Assembly (NCBI GenBank): GCA_040260805.1
Contig: JBDQPD010000039.1
Location: 1-28,865, forward strand
Source: Myxococcota bacterium
Lineage (GTDB): Bacteria > Myxococcota > UBA4151
Direction of reading: 5' to 3'
Length of the DNA stretch: 28,865 bases
A program made the translations under genes and the position numbers. Of this stretch, positions 16,990-25,584 are shown one piece after another (positions within the stretch are counted from its first letter, which is position 1; each line of letters starts with the position of its first letter). The notes beneath the pieces are model-generated. The model had not been told where the DNA came from, did no database searches, and worked only from the letters and a program-made list of their open reading frames with translations.

Positions 16990-17979
16990 ATGAAGAAGCT
17001 TTGGTTTCCAGCCTTAGTCGTTAGTCTTTGCGGGTTTTCGTGCGCACCATCGAGCGGTGGTGTTGCTCAGATTTCAGCGGAGGTTGACTTTGGCGCTAGG
17101 AATGCGGCGTGGGATCGTGACCCTTGCGAGGATTACAACCCTGAAGACTGCGGAACCCACGCGATGCAGTGTGAATGCTCTGGTGATGATGGCTGGTCGC
17201 TGGTCGATCGTCAGACGAACAGTCCAAGCTTTGAGCAGGACCTGAGCCCGAGCACCATCGGTAAGGTTAGTCTGTGGGGCTACTACTGGGCGAACTGCGG
17301 TACCTGCGAGCAGCAGTTTGCCTTCATGCAGACCATGAAGGATGAGCTGAAAACAGAAGGTTACGACGTTGAGTTTGTCGGCGTCATCTACACCGGCGGC
17401 GACGTTGGACGTTTCGGCAACACCCCCCGTGACGCCATGGGAGCTTGTAACGGCTCTCGCGCTGCGTATCCGAGTTGCACCGCAAACCCAGGGCAGATCA
17501 CTTTGGATATGCCCGTGGTGGTCAATGGTGGACCCGTGGCGACTCAAAATGGAGTCGAGCATCGTGGCAGCTGGTTTATCTATCGCGCCGATGGTCGGTT
17601 GTTTGAGTTCATCAACTCTGAGGCGCTCCCTGATCGAGGTGGGTTCTTGGGCGATGCGCCCAACTGGAACCTGCTGAAGAGCAAGATGAAGGCGGCTGCG
17701 ATGGTGACCTCGAATGGGGTTCAGCCATGCAGCAGCGATTACCCCTGCACCCACGATGGACAGTGGTGTCAGTACCCTGAAGGAAGCTGTGGCGGACAAG
17801 GTCAGTGCGTGACCAGCGAGCTGGCTCAGTCGGCGAACACGTCGATGGGTGTGGTAGACCAAGTCTGCCCCGCCGAGGGTCGTATGAGAGTCTGCGCTTG
17901 CTCGGGGGTCACCTACGCAAGTCACTGCGACGCCGAGCTTGATCAAGAGAACATCAGCTACATTGGAGCCTGCGATTAA
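16990..17979 (+). CDS. Lipoprotein with thioredoxin/TlpA-like domain and C-terminal Kazal-like domain
   Basis: Lipobox GFSC; GKVSLWGYYWANCGTCEQQF...VEFVGV...WFIYRADGRL (redoxin fold); C-terminal VCACSGVTYASHCDA...ISYIGAC (Kazal pattern). Confidence 0.72.
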   Translation: MKKLWFPALVVSLCGFSCAPSSGGVAQISAEVDFGARNAAWDRDPCEDYNPEDCGTHAMQCECSGDDGWSLVDRQTNSPSFEQDLSPSTIGKVSLWGYYWANCGTCEQQFAFMQTMKDELKTEGYDVEFVGVIYTGGDVGRFGNTPRDAMGACNGSRAAYPSCTANPGQITLDMPVVVNGGPVATQNGVEHRGSWFIYRADGRLFEFINSEALPDRGGFLGDAPNWNLLKSKMKAAAMVTSNGVQPCSSDYPCTHDGQWCQYPEGSCGGQGQCVTSELAQSANTSMGVVDQVCPAEGRMRVCACSGVTYASHCDAELDQENISYIGACD

Positions 17980-17980
17980 C

Positions 17981-18382
17981 GTGCTAGGTCGTTTGGTATT
18001 GGGCTTTGCCCTGATCGCTGTTTCAGCCTGCGCAGGCTGGGACGACACAAAGAATCTGAGCGCGCTATCTGGCGATGAGAGGGATGCGCTGTGCAACTAC
18101 GTCTACGATTCCTGGGGCGGTGCACCTGTGACCTCGTTTTGTACGCCTGAGGACGACGGTCGCTTAGTCCCGATTTTAGTCGGACAGGGTGAACGCACGG
18201 ATGCGGTAGCGAACTGCATTGCGGACGCGTCTGGGACTCGCTGGGTGGATTGCCCCACCGCTGATTACTCGGCGTGTGCTCGAGAGGTGGAAGACTCCAG
18301 CGATATTTGCGTGAGTCAAACCGGAGACAGTTGTAAGCGCCTCGCAGCCTGCGTGGCTGAGCTTGCGCGTGGCGAGGACTAA
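17981..18382 (+). CDS. Hypothetical Cys-containing lipoprotein
   Basis: GTG 17981 just after the upstream stop; MLGRLVLGFALIAVSAC lipobox; eight further Cys; stop overlaps the next ATG (TAATG). Confidence 0.7.
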   Translation: MLGRLVLGFALIAVSACAGWDDTKNLSALSGDERDALCNYVYDSWGGAPVTSFCTPEDDGRLVPILVGQGERTDAVANCIADASGTRWVDCPTADYSACAREVEDSSDICVSQTGDSCKRLAACVAELARGED

Positions 18383-19062
18383 TGCCGATGCTGAGTTTAG
18401 CGGTCTTATTGATCGCAGCGCCCGTCGTCGCTGAAGGCGAGGCAGCAGCAGATGGCGAACAGGCTGTAGACCAGGCGTTGCCTGCGCCAGAGCAGCCTGC
18501 TCTAGTCGATGCCGGGCCCAACCCTCCGATGGAGATCGGCCTTGAGCTGGGCGAGCCGACCGGGCTTATTTTTGCGCAGACACTGAATTCCGCAGGGCGG
18601 CTGACCGCTCGTTTGGGGTTGTTGCATCGGCTTGAGCCGTACGGGTTTGGTCTGGAAGCACCGCTTCTGGGCGCGGGCTACGAGCATGATGTGTTGCAGG
18701 TGCCGATTCCAGGCTGGCAGGCGCATGTGACGGCAGGCGCTGGCGCCATGCTTTGGCTGCGCGGCAGCGTTCACCGAACGAAGCCTTTGGCGGCGCTTGA
18801 GGGGCGGATCGGCCTGCGCCTAAGACGTCCCGAGTCGCCCTTGATCATCGCTGCCCACATCGCGCCCCAGCTGGACATCATGCCCTACGTGACCCCAGCG
18901 ATCGTTGGCGGTCTGTCCTTTAGCTGGGCGCTGGATCCGTCGACGCGCGCAGCGGCTCCTGCAGAAGAGCGGACTGAGGAAGAGGCGCAGGCTGAGGTGA
19001 AGCCCGAGCCCAAGAAGGCAAAGCAATCACCGGCAAAGCGCGGAAGCAAGAAACGCCGCTGA
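18382..19062 (+). CDS. Exported protein, probable small outer-membrane beta-barrel with charged C-terminal tail
   Basis: Signal peptide; IGLELGEPTGL start of amphipathic strands ending GGLSFSW; acidic-then-basic tail (EERTEEE...KKAKQSPAKRGSKKRR). Confidence 0.62.
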   Translation: MPMLSLAVLLIAAPVVAEGEAAADGEQAVDQALPAPEQPALVDAGPNPPMEIGLELGEPTGLIFAQTLNSAGRLTARLGLLHRLEPYGFGLEAPLLGAGYEHDVLQVPIPGWQAHVTAGAGAMLWLRGSVHRTKPLAALEGRIGLRLRRPESPLIIAAHIAPQLDIMPYVTPAIVGGLSFSWALDPSTRAAAPAEERTEEEAQAEVKPEPKKAKQSPAKRGSKKRR

Positions 19063-19264
19063 TTCAGGGTTGAAAACGGTATTCGAGGACAGCTCGTGTT
19101 GGGTGCGCTGATGCCGTGGAATAGGCGCCGACAGACGCCCTCGCCAAAGCTCTTGAAAATCGGCAGGGGAGAGGGCAAGTCGCCTCCCGCTGGCGTCTAC
19201 TTAGTGGATCGCTATAGGGTCTGGTCGGTCGAGCAAGCCGCCCAAAAAACGTTAAGGGTTTTCC

Positions 19265-20536
19265 ATGCGTACGATCCTCTTGTTGTCCTCGTTCTTTATC
19301 TACAGTTCATGTGACTCTGCGGAGGTCAGCGCGTCCTTAGACGCCGGTGTCACGGTGGTCGACGCCGGTGTCGACGAGTGCGCTGGATTCGATTTTACCG
19401 AGATGCCTGCGCTCGCAGAGATGATGGGCGTCTTCGACGAGCAGCGACGTCGAATTGTGTTCTTCGGCGGTGATGATGTCCTACCCGTTAATTGCACGAC
19501 AGCGCCTCACGCCGTGGGCCGCTATGAGCTGTATTCCTACGATACGGTCTGCGCGGCATTTCGCGAAGAGATGGAAAGCGACGGGCCGCGCGGTCGGGCT
19601 AGAGGTATGGCGGTCTATGACCTCGTCGGTGACCGCATGATCATTTTTGGTGGTCGGTCACGAGCTCGAGAGACCGGCGAATACCGGAACTACGATGATG
19701 TTTGGGCTCTTGATCTGGGGACCATGGAGTGGACTGAACTTGAAGGCTCGACACGCGGACCGCTTGCGCGCTCGAACCCGGCAGGAGGGTTCAACCGAAC
19801 CACACGAGAGTTGGTCGTTTTTGGCGGGAACACCTCGCGCAGCGGGCTTCAGTTTAGCCCTCGCAATGATGTGTGGGCGTTCGATACGATCAACCTCACC
19901 TGGCGTCAGATTGAGTCGCCAGGGACTAAGCCAAGTGCTCGATTATTTCACGCGGCGGTTGTGGATGACACCAACGGGCGCCTCTTCATCTACGGCGGCG
20001 GCGACGCTGGCGCCTGGCAGGGCCCTTTCTTGGGTGACTTATGGATGATGGACTTAGCGACTGGAGCTTGGGAGCGGCTCGCCGAGAAGACCGACGAAGG
20101 ACCGGCGGGACGGATCTGGTCGTCGATCACGTACGATGTCTCAAGTGATCGGATCGTTCTGTTCGGTGGTCATGACGATGGTGCGGTGGGAAACAACAAC
20201 GACACGTGGATGTTTGACATGGCGACTCGAGAATGGACCGCCTTGGTAGCGCCCGAGACCGTGAACGAGCCCGCCCTCGGATTTTGCAATTTCCCGCGCG
20301 ACTTTACCGAGCCAAACTTAGAGGTTCCCGACCGCCGAAGCGCGCATCTGGCGTCGCTCGATACGCAGCGGGGTGAATGGGTCGTCTTTGGTGGTAAAAC
20401 CGACTGCGGCATAATCAATGACGTCTGGGTCTACGATCTGGCGCGTGATGCGTGGTTGCTTCGCCAACCTTCGACCGTCGGCGAGGCGTGCAACCGCGGT
20501 GAAAACCCGGATATGTGCGTGAGTATGTGCCAGTAG
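19265..20536 (+). CDS. Kelch-repeat beta-propeller lipoprotein
   Basis: Six repeats of hydrophobic-[FY]GG...D[VLT]W.[FLY]D.....W (IVFFGG, IIFGG, VVFGG, FIYGG, VLFGG, VVFGG); YSSC lipobox-like. Confidence 0.88.
   Translation: MRTILLLSSFFIYSSCDSAEVSASLDAGVTVVDAGVDECAGFDFTEMPALAEMMGVFDEQRRRIVFFGGDDVLPVNCTTAPHAVGRYELYSYDTVCAAFREEMESDGPRGRARGMAVYDLVGDRMIIFGGRSRARETGEYRNYDDVWALDLGTMEWTELEGSTRGPLARSNPAGGFNRTTRELVVFGGNTSRSGLQFSPRNDVWAFDTINLTWRQIESPGTKPSARLFHAAVVDDTNGRLFIYGGGDAGAWQGPFLGDLWMMDLATGAWERLAEKTDEGPAGRIWSSITYDVSSDRIVLFGGHDDGAVGNNNDTWMFDMATREWTALVAPETVNEPALGFCNFPRDFTEPNLEVPDRRSAHLASLDTQRGEWVVFGGKTDCGIINDVWVYDLARDAWLLRQPSTVGEACNRGENPDMCVSMCQ
19340..19372 (+). repeat. 12-bp direct repeat GACGCCGGTGTC x2 encoding D-A-G-V twice in the Kelch lipoprotein linker
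   Basis: Exact copies at 19340-19351 and 19361-19372. Confidence 0.7.
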
Positions 20537-20611
20537 GGCGGCTCCGCCTAGGGCGCCCTTAGCGAACGGTCATAAAAAAGCTAGTCTGCCTCCTGGTTAG
20601 GGAGGCTTACG

Positions 20612-21487
20612 ATGTCGTCATTAAAGTACAGCTGGATCTTGTGTTTGGCGTTGGGGTGCGCAGCGGAATCGGATAAGCCTGTGGAGCCTGTTGCAGTGCT
20701 TGATGCGGGGCCCAGCTTTCCTGTTCAGCGTAAGGTGCTGCATGAGGTCTTCTCGGCGTCGAACTGCGGTCCATGTCTCGAAGCGGAAGAACGATTAGGC
20801 GCTGTCTGGGATGCTCACGCTGATCAATACACGATCGTTGATTATCAAGTCGGTAGTGATCGCTACATCACTCAAGAGGCCGTTGCGCGTCGTTACTATT
20901 ATCTGCCGGAGGGTGCAGAGAGCTATTCGATCCCGTGGGTCGTGACCGATGGAGTCAACAGCTTTCATCCCAACCTTTGGCATGCCGATGCCGGCACCGA
21001 AGCGGATCACTACAATGCCGACGATTTTGCATCGTTTGTCTCGCAAGAGGCGAACTTGATCATCGACGTGACGCATGAAGTCGAGGGTCAAACTATTACG
21101 ATCGATTGGAGCATCACCGCAGGTGCGGACTACGCCAGCGAAGATTTGGTGGTTCATGTGGCGGTCAACGAAAAGGTGACCAGCCAGAACGTAGGAACCA
21201 ACGGCTTGACCGAGTTTCATCACGTGATGAAGAAGATGTTGCCCAATAAGCAGGGCAGTCGACTCGGTTCAGTGCAAGCTGGCGATATGATCTCGGACAC
21301 CTATGTCTATGAGTTCCAGGGTGATTATGATCCGGACACCGGCTTGCCGCGTGGCGGCGACAACCCCAAGCACTACGTCGACCACCGGATGGCACACACC
21401 GTCGAAGAGTTCGACGACTTAGAGGTCGTCGTGTGGGTTCAGGATGTCGAAACCAAAGAGGTGCATCAGAGCGAGTGGTCGCAATAA
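20612..21487 (+). CDS. Omp28-related thioredoxin-fold lipoprotein
   Basis: Lipobox ALGC; RKVLHEVFSASNCGPC, IPWVVTDG, HHVMKKMLPN and EVVVWVQD match Omp28-like proteins; GGGAGG RBS. Confidence 0.8.
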   Translation: MSSLKYSWILCLALGCAAESDKPVEPVAVLDAGPSFPVQRKVLHEVFSASNCGPCLEAEERLGAVWDAHADQYTIVDYQVGSDRYITQEAVARRYYYLPEGAESYSIPWVVTDGVNSFHPNLWHADAGTEADHYNADDFASFVSQEANLIIDVTHEVEGQTITIDWSITAGADYASEDLVVHVAVNEKVTSQNVGTNGLTEFHHVMKKMLPNKQGSRLGSVQAGDMISDTYVYEFQGDYDPDTGLPRGGDNPKHYVDHRMAHTVEEFDDLEVVVWVQDVETKEVHQSEWSQ

Positions 21488-21582
21488 CCCAGCGATTCTC
21501 AATGGCCCTAGGGTGTGCGCAAAATCACTTTTTGATCTCGAACCCCGTTGATCTCGTCAAACGACGAGCGTAAGTGCAACGC

Positions 21583-22191
21583 ATGGCGAGTCTACTCAAA
21601 GCGACGGGTGTGTTGTCGGTGTTGTTGCTAGGCACCTTCTTTGCAGGCGGCTATTTGCTGCCCGGTAAGGTCTCTTTGACCGCTTGGCAGACCGTGGTGG
21701 CACCCCATGACCATATGAGCGCCTTGGTGGCGACACCTCAGAGTTGGCGTCTTTGGTCGGTGTGGTCACCCTTTGTCGAGCATGCCGCTCGGGATGAGGT
21801 CGGCGGGCAAAAAACAGGAGCGGGCGCGACCTGGTTTCTAGCCAATCACGACGCTTCGATTGATATCGCAATCACCTCGTTCGAGCCCGCAACTCGGGTG
21901 ACTTATGAGATTGAGGTCATGCCGCTGAAGGTTCCGATGATGGCTGCCGCCGACTTCTACAATCGAGGTCGAACGACCAAGGTCAAGTGGCAGGTGACCG
22001 CTGATGTGGGCGAGCGCATAACCTTGAGATGGCTAGCCCTGATCGCTTCGAAGATCGCGCCGCAGCGGTATCAAGAATCAGTCAAGCAGCTAGCCTTGCA
22101 CGCGAAAGAGCGAGCCCATCAAGAATTGCAAGATAGTCTCGCCGCTGAAGAAGCGGCGCTCATTGGAAACGAAGCTCAGCCCACCGATTGA
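21583..22191 (+). CDS. SRPBCC (polyketide cyclase/dehydrase-like) protein with N-terminal TM
   Basis: GYLLP, WRLWSVWSPF, GAGATW, TKVKW pattern. Start may be GTG 21574. Confidence 0.72.
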   Translation: MASLLKATGVLSVLLLGTFFAGGYLLPGKVSLTAWQTVVAPHDHMSALVATPQSWRLWSVWSPFVEHAARDEVGGQKTGAGATWFLANHDASIDIAITSFEPATRVTYEIEVMPLKVPMMAAADFYNRGRTTKVKWQVTADVGERITLRWLALIASKIAPQRYQESVKQLALHAKERAHQELQDSLAAEEAALIGNEAQPTD

Positions 22192-23375
22192 TGGGCTTGG
22201 AATTCAAATTGGAAGCCGTGCTGCTTGAGTCGCTCGACTCCGGCCATCCCCAGCGCGGAAGCCGGCGTATGAACGCCGCCCTTTGCGCTCACCAAGCCTT
22301 CGGCGAGCAGGCGCGCTGACTCGGCGATCATAATCGCGGTTTGGCTATAACCAGGGTCACCTTGCGCTGCCACGATCACCCGTCCAAGGGGGGGGCTCGA
22401 GGCATCAGCTCGTCCAAGGATATGGATCTCAAAGCAGCCGTTCTCGCGCTCCGACTGATCAGGTCCCTGTCCCGGTTGTTTGAGGAACCTGCGAAGGATC
22501 ATTCGGGTGGGCGGCAAGGCGGCGAAGAGCGTGAAGGCCTTGAGGCCAAAGGCCATCTGTTTGGCTTGTCCTTTGCTTCGACAGATCATCGCCTCATCGT
22601 AGCGGAACTGATCGCTCGCGTAGCCTAAAATCGCAACGGAACGCCGCACCACGCGGGTGTTGATACCTGCCATGAGAAAGGGCGCCGTCCAGCGGTCATG
22701 ATCATGGTCGAAGCGTACGTCGCTTCGGTCGGAGCCGTCCGCACCTTCCCGTTGATCAGGTGGGTTGAGGCTGTAAGGGTGACCCAAAACCCGCCTGAGG
22801 GAGCGGTCTTTAGCGGCGTCTTCGACCAAGCCTAACATGCTCGCGTAGGTCCCTCCGCTCAGGCCGCCACGCAGGCGCCGGACGCTCGCTTGAGCCCAGC
22901 CTAAGGTCTTGCCTTGGCTCTGGAACTCTTGCGCCAACATCAGCGTCCCTAGATCGCTCGGGATCGAATCAAAGCCGCACGCGTGCACGATGCGAGCACC
23001 ACTTTGCGCTGCGATCTCACCGAGCTCGTCGACACTCTGCCGGATAAACGGGGTCTCACCGCAGAGGTCGACGTAATCGACCCCGCGTTCAGCGCAGGCC
23101 TGAACCAGCGACCAACCATAGCGCCGATAAGGGCCTACGGTCGTGGCGACCACGCCAACGCCATCGAGCAGGTCGCCGAGACTGCTCGGGTCATGGGCGT
23201 CTGCGATGCGCAGCTCAACATCTAAGCCAAGCTCAGCCGCGAGCGCTTCGAGGCGCTGGGCGTTGCGCCCGCCCAAGATCAGCTGCCCGCGGCCTAAGCC
23301 CGCCTGAGCTAGATGTTGGGCAATAAGCTTTCCGGTAAAGCCGGTCGCGCCCCAAAGGAGAATAGGTGAGGTCAT
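22176..23375 (-). CDS. Saccharopine dehydrogenase-like oxidoreductase (trans-acting enoyl reductase family)
   Basis: LWGATGFTG, GGRN, TVGPY, YVDLCGE, CGFDSIPSD, SGGT, GDPGYSQTA, GGVHTPA. Confidence 0.9.
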   Translation of the reverse strand: MTSPILLWGATGFTGKLIAQHLAQAGLGRGQLILGGRNAQRLEALAAELGLDVELRIADAHDPSSLGDLLDGVGVVATTVGPYRRYGWSLVQACAERGVDYVDLCGETPFIRQSVDELGEIAAQSGARIVHACGFDSIPSDLGTLMLAQEFQSQGKTLGWAQASVRRLRGGLSGGTYASMLGLVEDAAKDRSLRRVLGHPYSLNPPDQREGADGSDRSDVRFDHDHDRWTAPFLMAGINTRVVRRSVAILGYASDQFRYDEAMICRSKGQAKQMAFGLKAFTLFAALPPTRMILRRFLKQPGQGPDQSERENGCFEIHILGRADASSPPLGRVIVAAQGDPGYSQTAIMIAESARLLAEGLVSAKGGVHTPASALGMAGVERLKQHGFQFEFQAHQSVG

Positions 23376-23415
23376 GATTCCGTCCTAGCTTGCGCAGCGC
23401 GTCGACGCCGTCCGG

Positions 23416-25584
23416 CTAATCAAGTTCGGTGATATTAAGTTCCCACAGACCGTTTCGGCCGCGAAACCCGCCCACAACAATTGCGACTTGATCACCCTCG
23501 TTGACTGCGTATTCAACGACAGAGGTATAGCCCTGACCCCCGTCATCGTTGCAAGCGAGTTCATTCAAACAATCATTCGAGTAAAGGGCGAGCACCGTAT
23601 CAAGACCGCTGCCTTGGGTGTCGAATCGGTAGGTCGCGCTCGCAGGCGCAGTCCAAAGGATAATGTGGTCTCGTCCCATTCCAGCGCAGCTTGGCGTGAG
23701 CCGAGTCGCTTGCGCGTCGTTGTTGCCGCGAGCAACCGCCATGCCCACTTGGCTTAGAGTCCCCGCTTCCGAGCAAGCCAAGCCCAGGTCGTAGACATTC
23801 AAAGTCACTTGATCGACGCGGTTACGCGCCGCTTCATCCAAGCCTAAGATGATGCGTTGTCCTTGGTTCAGATCGAGCTGGATGAGACTTTGGGTGTTGT
23901 AGGGCACGTCCATCCGCGCATCCCCATAGAGCTCATCATTGCAGGCGAGCTCTTGACCTTCACACTCGCTGCGCGCCCACAGGACCGTGTTGCCGCGCGA
24001 GCTGATCGTGTTGAAGGTGTATCGGCTGGTATGAGGTGCTTGCCACAACAGGGTTCGTTCTCGCCCCTCAAGGCCACCACAGCTGCCACTTAGTCGAGCC
24101 ACTGCGCCTTGCATTCCGGCAGTGTAAATAGCCCATTCCAGCCGTTGCCCGACGCGCTCAGAAGGGCAGATGTCGCCGATCGGTAGGCAGGCTTCAGCGT
24201 CGCTGCAGTCGGGATCATCGCAATCAATTTGACCATCTTGGTCGTCGTCGCGCCCGTCGCTGCAGTTAGCCTCTGTCAGCAGCGGCAGCCCGAAGATCGA
24301 CCCGTCGAGGTCCCAAGACTCATCGGGCGACAACCCCAGATGCTGCATCACGGTGGGATGCACGTCCATGTGATTGCCGCCCTCGACCGGGCGCCGAATC
24401 GCTGAGGGGCCTGAGGTTATCAGCGCGATCCGTTGATGCGATACGATCTGATCACCATGGTCGCGTCCAGATCCGCCATGATCGGTCACCCAGATCACCA
24501 ACCAGTTTTCGTCGGCAACGTCGGGGCGATCAAGGATTGCGCTAACCAGCGTTCCGACCATGACATCATTGCCACGAATCGCACGCAGGTAGCGCTCGTT
24601 GTAAGGGTCGAAACCGGACGCGTGACCGCTGTGGTCGACATCATCGAGATGAACAAAGTGCACCTGGCTCTCGCCGCTGCGCAGATGCTCAGCCATCGCG
24701 TCGGTCACTTCTTGATCGGTACCTCTCGAGCCAAAGTGCAGCGCATCTTCCTCGATATGCTGGTCTAAAATTGGCGCCCAATGCGCGCTCACTGCGGCGC
24801 GCAGTTCCAGATCCCGAGCGGCACGCTGAAAGAAGGTTGGATAGTCTCGATCGAGTTGTCGATAGTAACCGTTGACCGTGACCCCATGTTTGCGAGGCTC
24901 AGCTCCCGTAAAAATAGAATGCCATCCGGCAGCCGAGGCGGTCCTTGCGCTGAGTTGCGTGCTTGCCGTGTAGCTCGATGTGCCACGCGCTGCGAGGGCG
25001 TCGATTTGTGGGGTGTCCGCCAGACGCAGTGCGTCGGCCCGGACGCCATCCATCCCGATGACCAGAACGTGCGGGCGTCCCTCTCCACGAGCATGGGTCA
25101 AAGCCTTCAGCTCGACCTGCACCGTCGCGAGCACCGGCCGGTCTGGGGCGGTTCGTAACTCGATTAAGCCTTCATGAAGTCCGCTGACTACAGCCTCGCT
25201 CTTGAGTCGAATGAACAGGCTGTTGGTCGCCGTATCGGCTCCCGCAACCAACCAAGCCGCATTCGTGGAGACCGAGAGTTCAGTGCACAGCGGATCGCTG
25301 ACGACCAGCGCCAGCTGCGCTTGAGGTAGCTCGTCGCCCAACCACCAGTCCCAGACGAGCGAGCTTTCGGTCACTTCAAGGGTTGCTGTCTCCGGACACG
25401 GGTTCACCAACCCGGCGTCCTGAGCGGTCGCTGCATCAAGAGTCCCGGCTTCAGGCGCTGAAGTCGTTCCCGAGTCGACCGTAGCGCCGGCGTCAACGGG
25501 AAGACTTGGCGCCTCGGGGCTTGCGCACGCGCCCAGACCGCCAAGCAAAGTGATGACGATTGCGTTGCGGGAAATCATGCTCAT
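23416..25584 (-). CDS. Alkaline-phosphatase-superfamily (NPP-like) lipoprotein with Cys-rich linker and two PPC-like C-terminal repeats
   Basis: Lipobox LGAC; VLVIGMDG, TASAAGWHSIFTG, DDVDHSGH, TDHG metal-site motifs; EANCSDGRDDDQDGQIDCDDPDC repeat; two W-x-AP...TVL...ELACND repeats; ATG 25584 overlaps the upstream stop (ATGA). Confidence 0.85.
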   Translation of the reverse strand: MSMISRNAIVITLLGGLGACASPEAPSLPVDAGATVDSGTTSAPEAGTLDAATAQDAGLVNPCPETATLEVTESSLVWDWWLGDELPQAQLALVVSDPLCTELSVSTNAAWLVAGADTATNSLFIRLKSEAVVSGLHEGLIELRTAPDRPVLATVQVELKALTHARGEGRPHVLVIGMDGVRADALRLADTPQIDALAARGTSSYTASTQLSARTASAAGWHSIFTGAEPRKHGVTVNGYYRQLDRDYPTFFQRAARDLELRAAVSAHWAPILDQHIEEDALHFGSRGTDQEVTDAMAEHLRSGESQVHFVHLDDVDHSGHASGFDPYNERYLRAIRGNDVMVGTLVSAILDRPDVADENWLVIWVTDHGGSGRDHGDQIVSHQRIALITSGPSAIRRPVEGGNHMDVHPTVMQHLGLSPDESWDLDGSIFGLPLLTEANCSDGRDDDQDGQIDCDDPDCSDAEACLPIGDICPSERVGQRLEWAIYTAGMQGAVARLSGSCGGLEGRERTLLWQAPHTSRYTFNTISSRGNTVLWARSECEGQELACNDELYGDARMDVPYNTQSLIQLDLNQGQRIILGLDEAARNRVDQVTLNVYDLGLACSEAGTLSQVGMAVARGNNDAQATRLTPSCAGMGRDHIILWTAPASATYRFDTQGSGLDTVLALYSNDCLNELACNDDGGQGYTSVVEYAVNEGDQVAIVVGGFRGRNGLWELNITELD

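Noticed and set aside
17074..18096. 340-aa antisense ORF (and similar long shadow ORFs at 1482-2249, 2968-3648, 5691-6395, 12359-12982, 26221-27006)
   Set aside because: Each lies opposite a well-supported gene, has no recognisable motifs, and is the kind of stop-poor frame expected in GC-rich DNA.
19063..19264. Possible ncRNA or small ORF (19096-19314) in the 200-bp gap; short pairings AGACGCC/GGCGTCT and GCCCTC/GAGGGC
   Set aside because: Stems are short, mutually overlapping and expected by chance at this GC; no recognisable RNA family; the ORF overlaps the Kelch start and has no features.
20534..20550. Hairpin TAGGGCGG-CT-CCGCCTA after the Kelch gene as an intrinsic terminator
   Set aside because: Imperfect stem with a tiny loop and no following U-tract.
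14800..21487. Selenocysteine or stop-codon readthrough in the redox proteins
   Set aside because: All redox motifs (NCGT, CGTC, CGPC) use ordinary Cys codons, and the ORFs appear full length.
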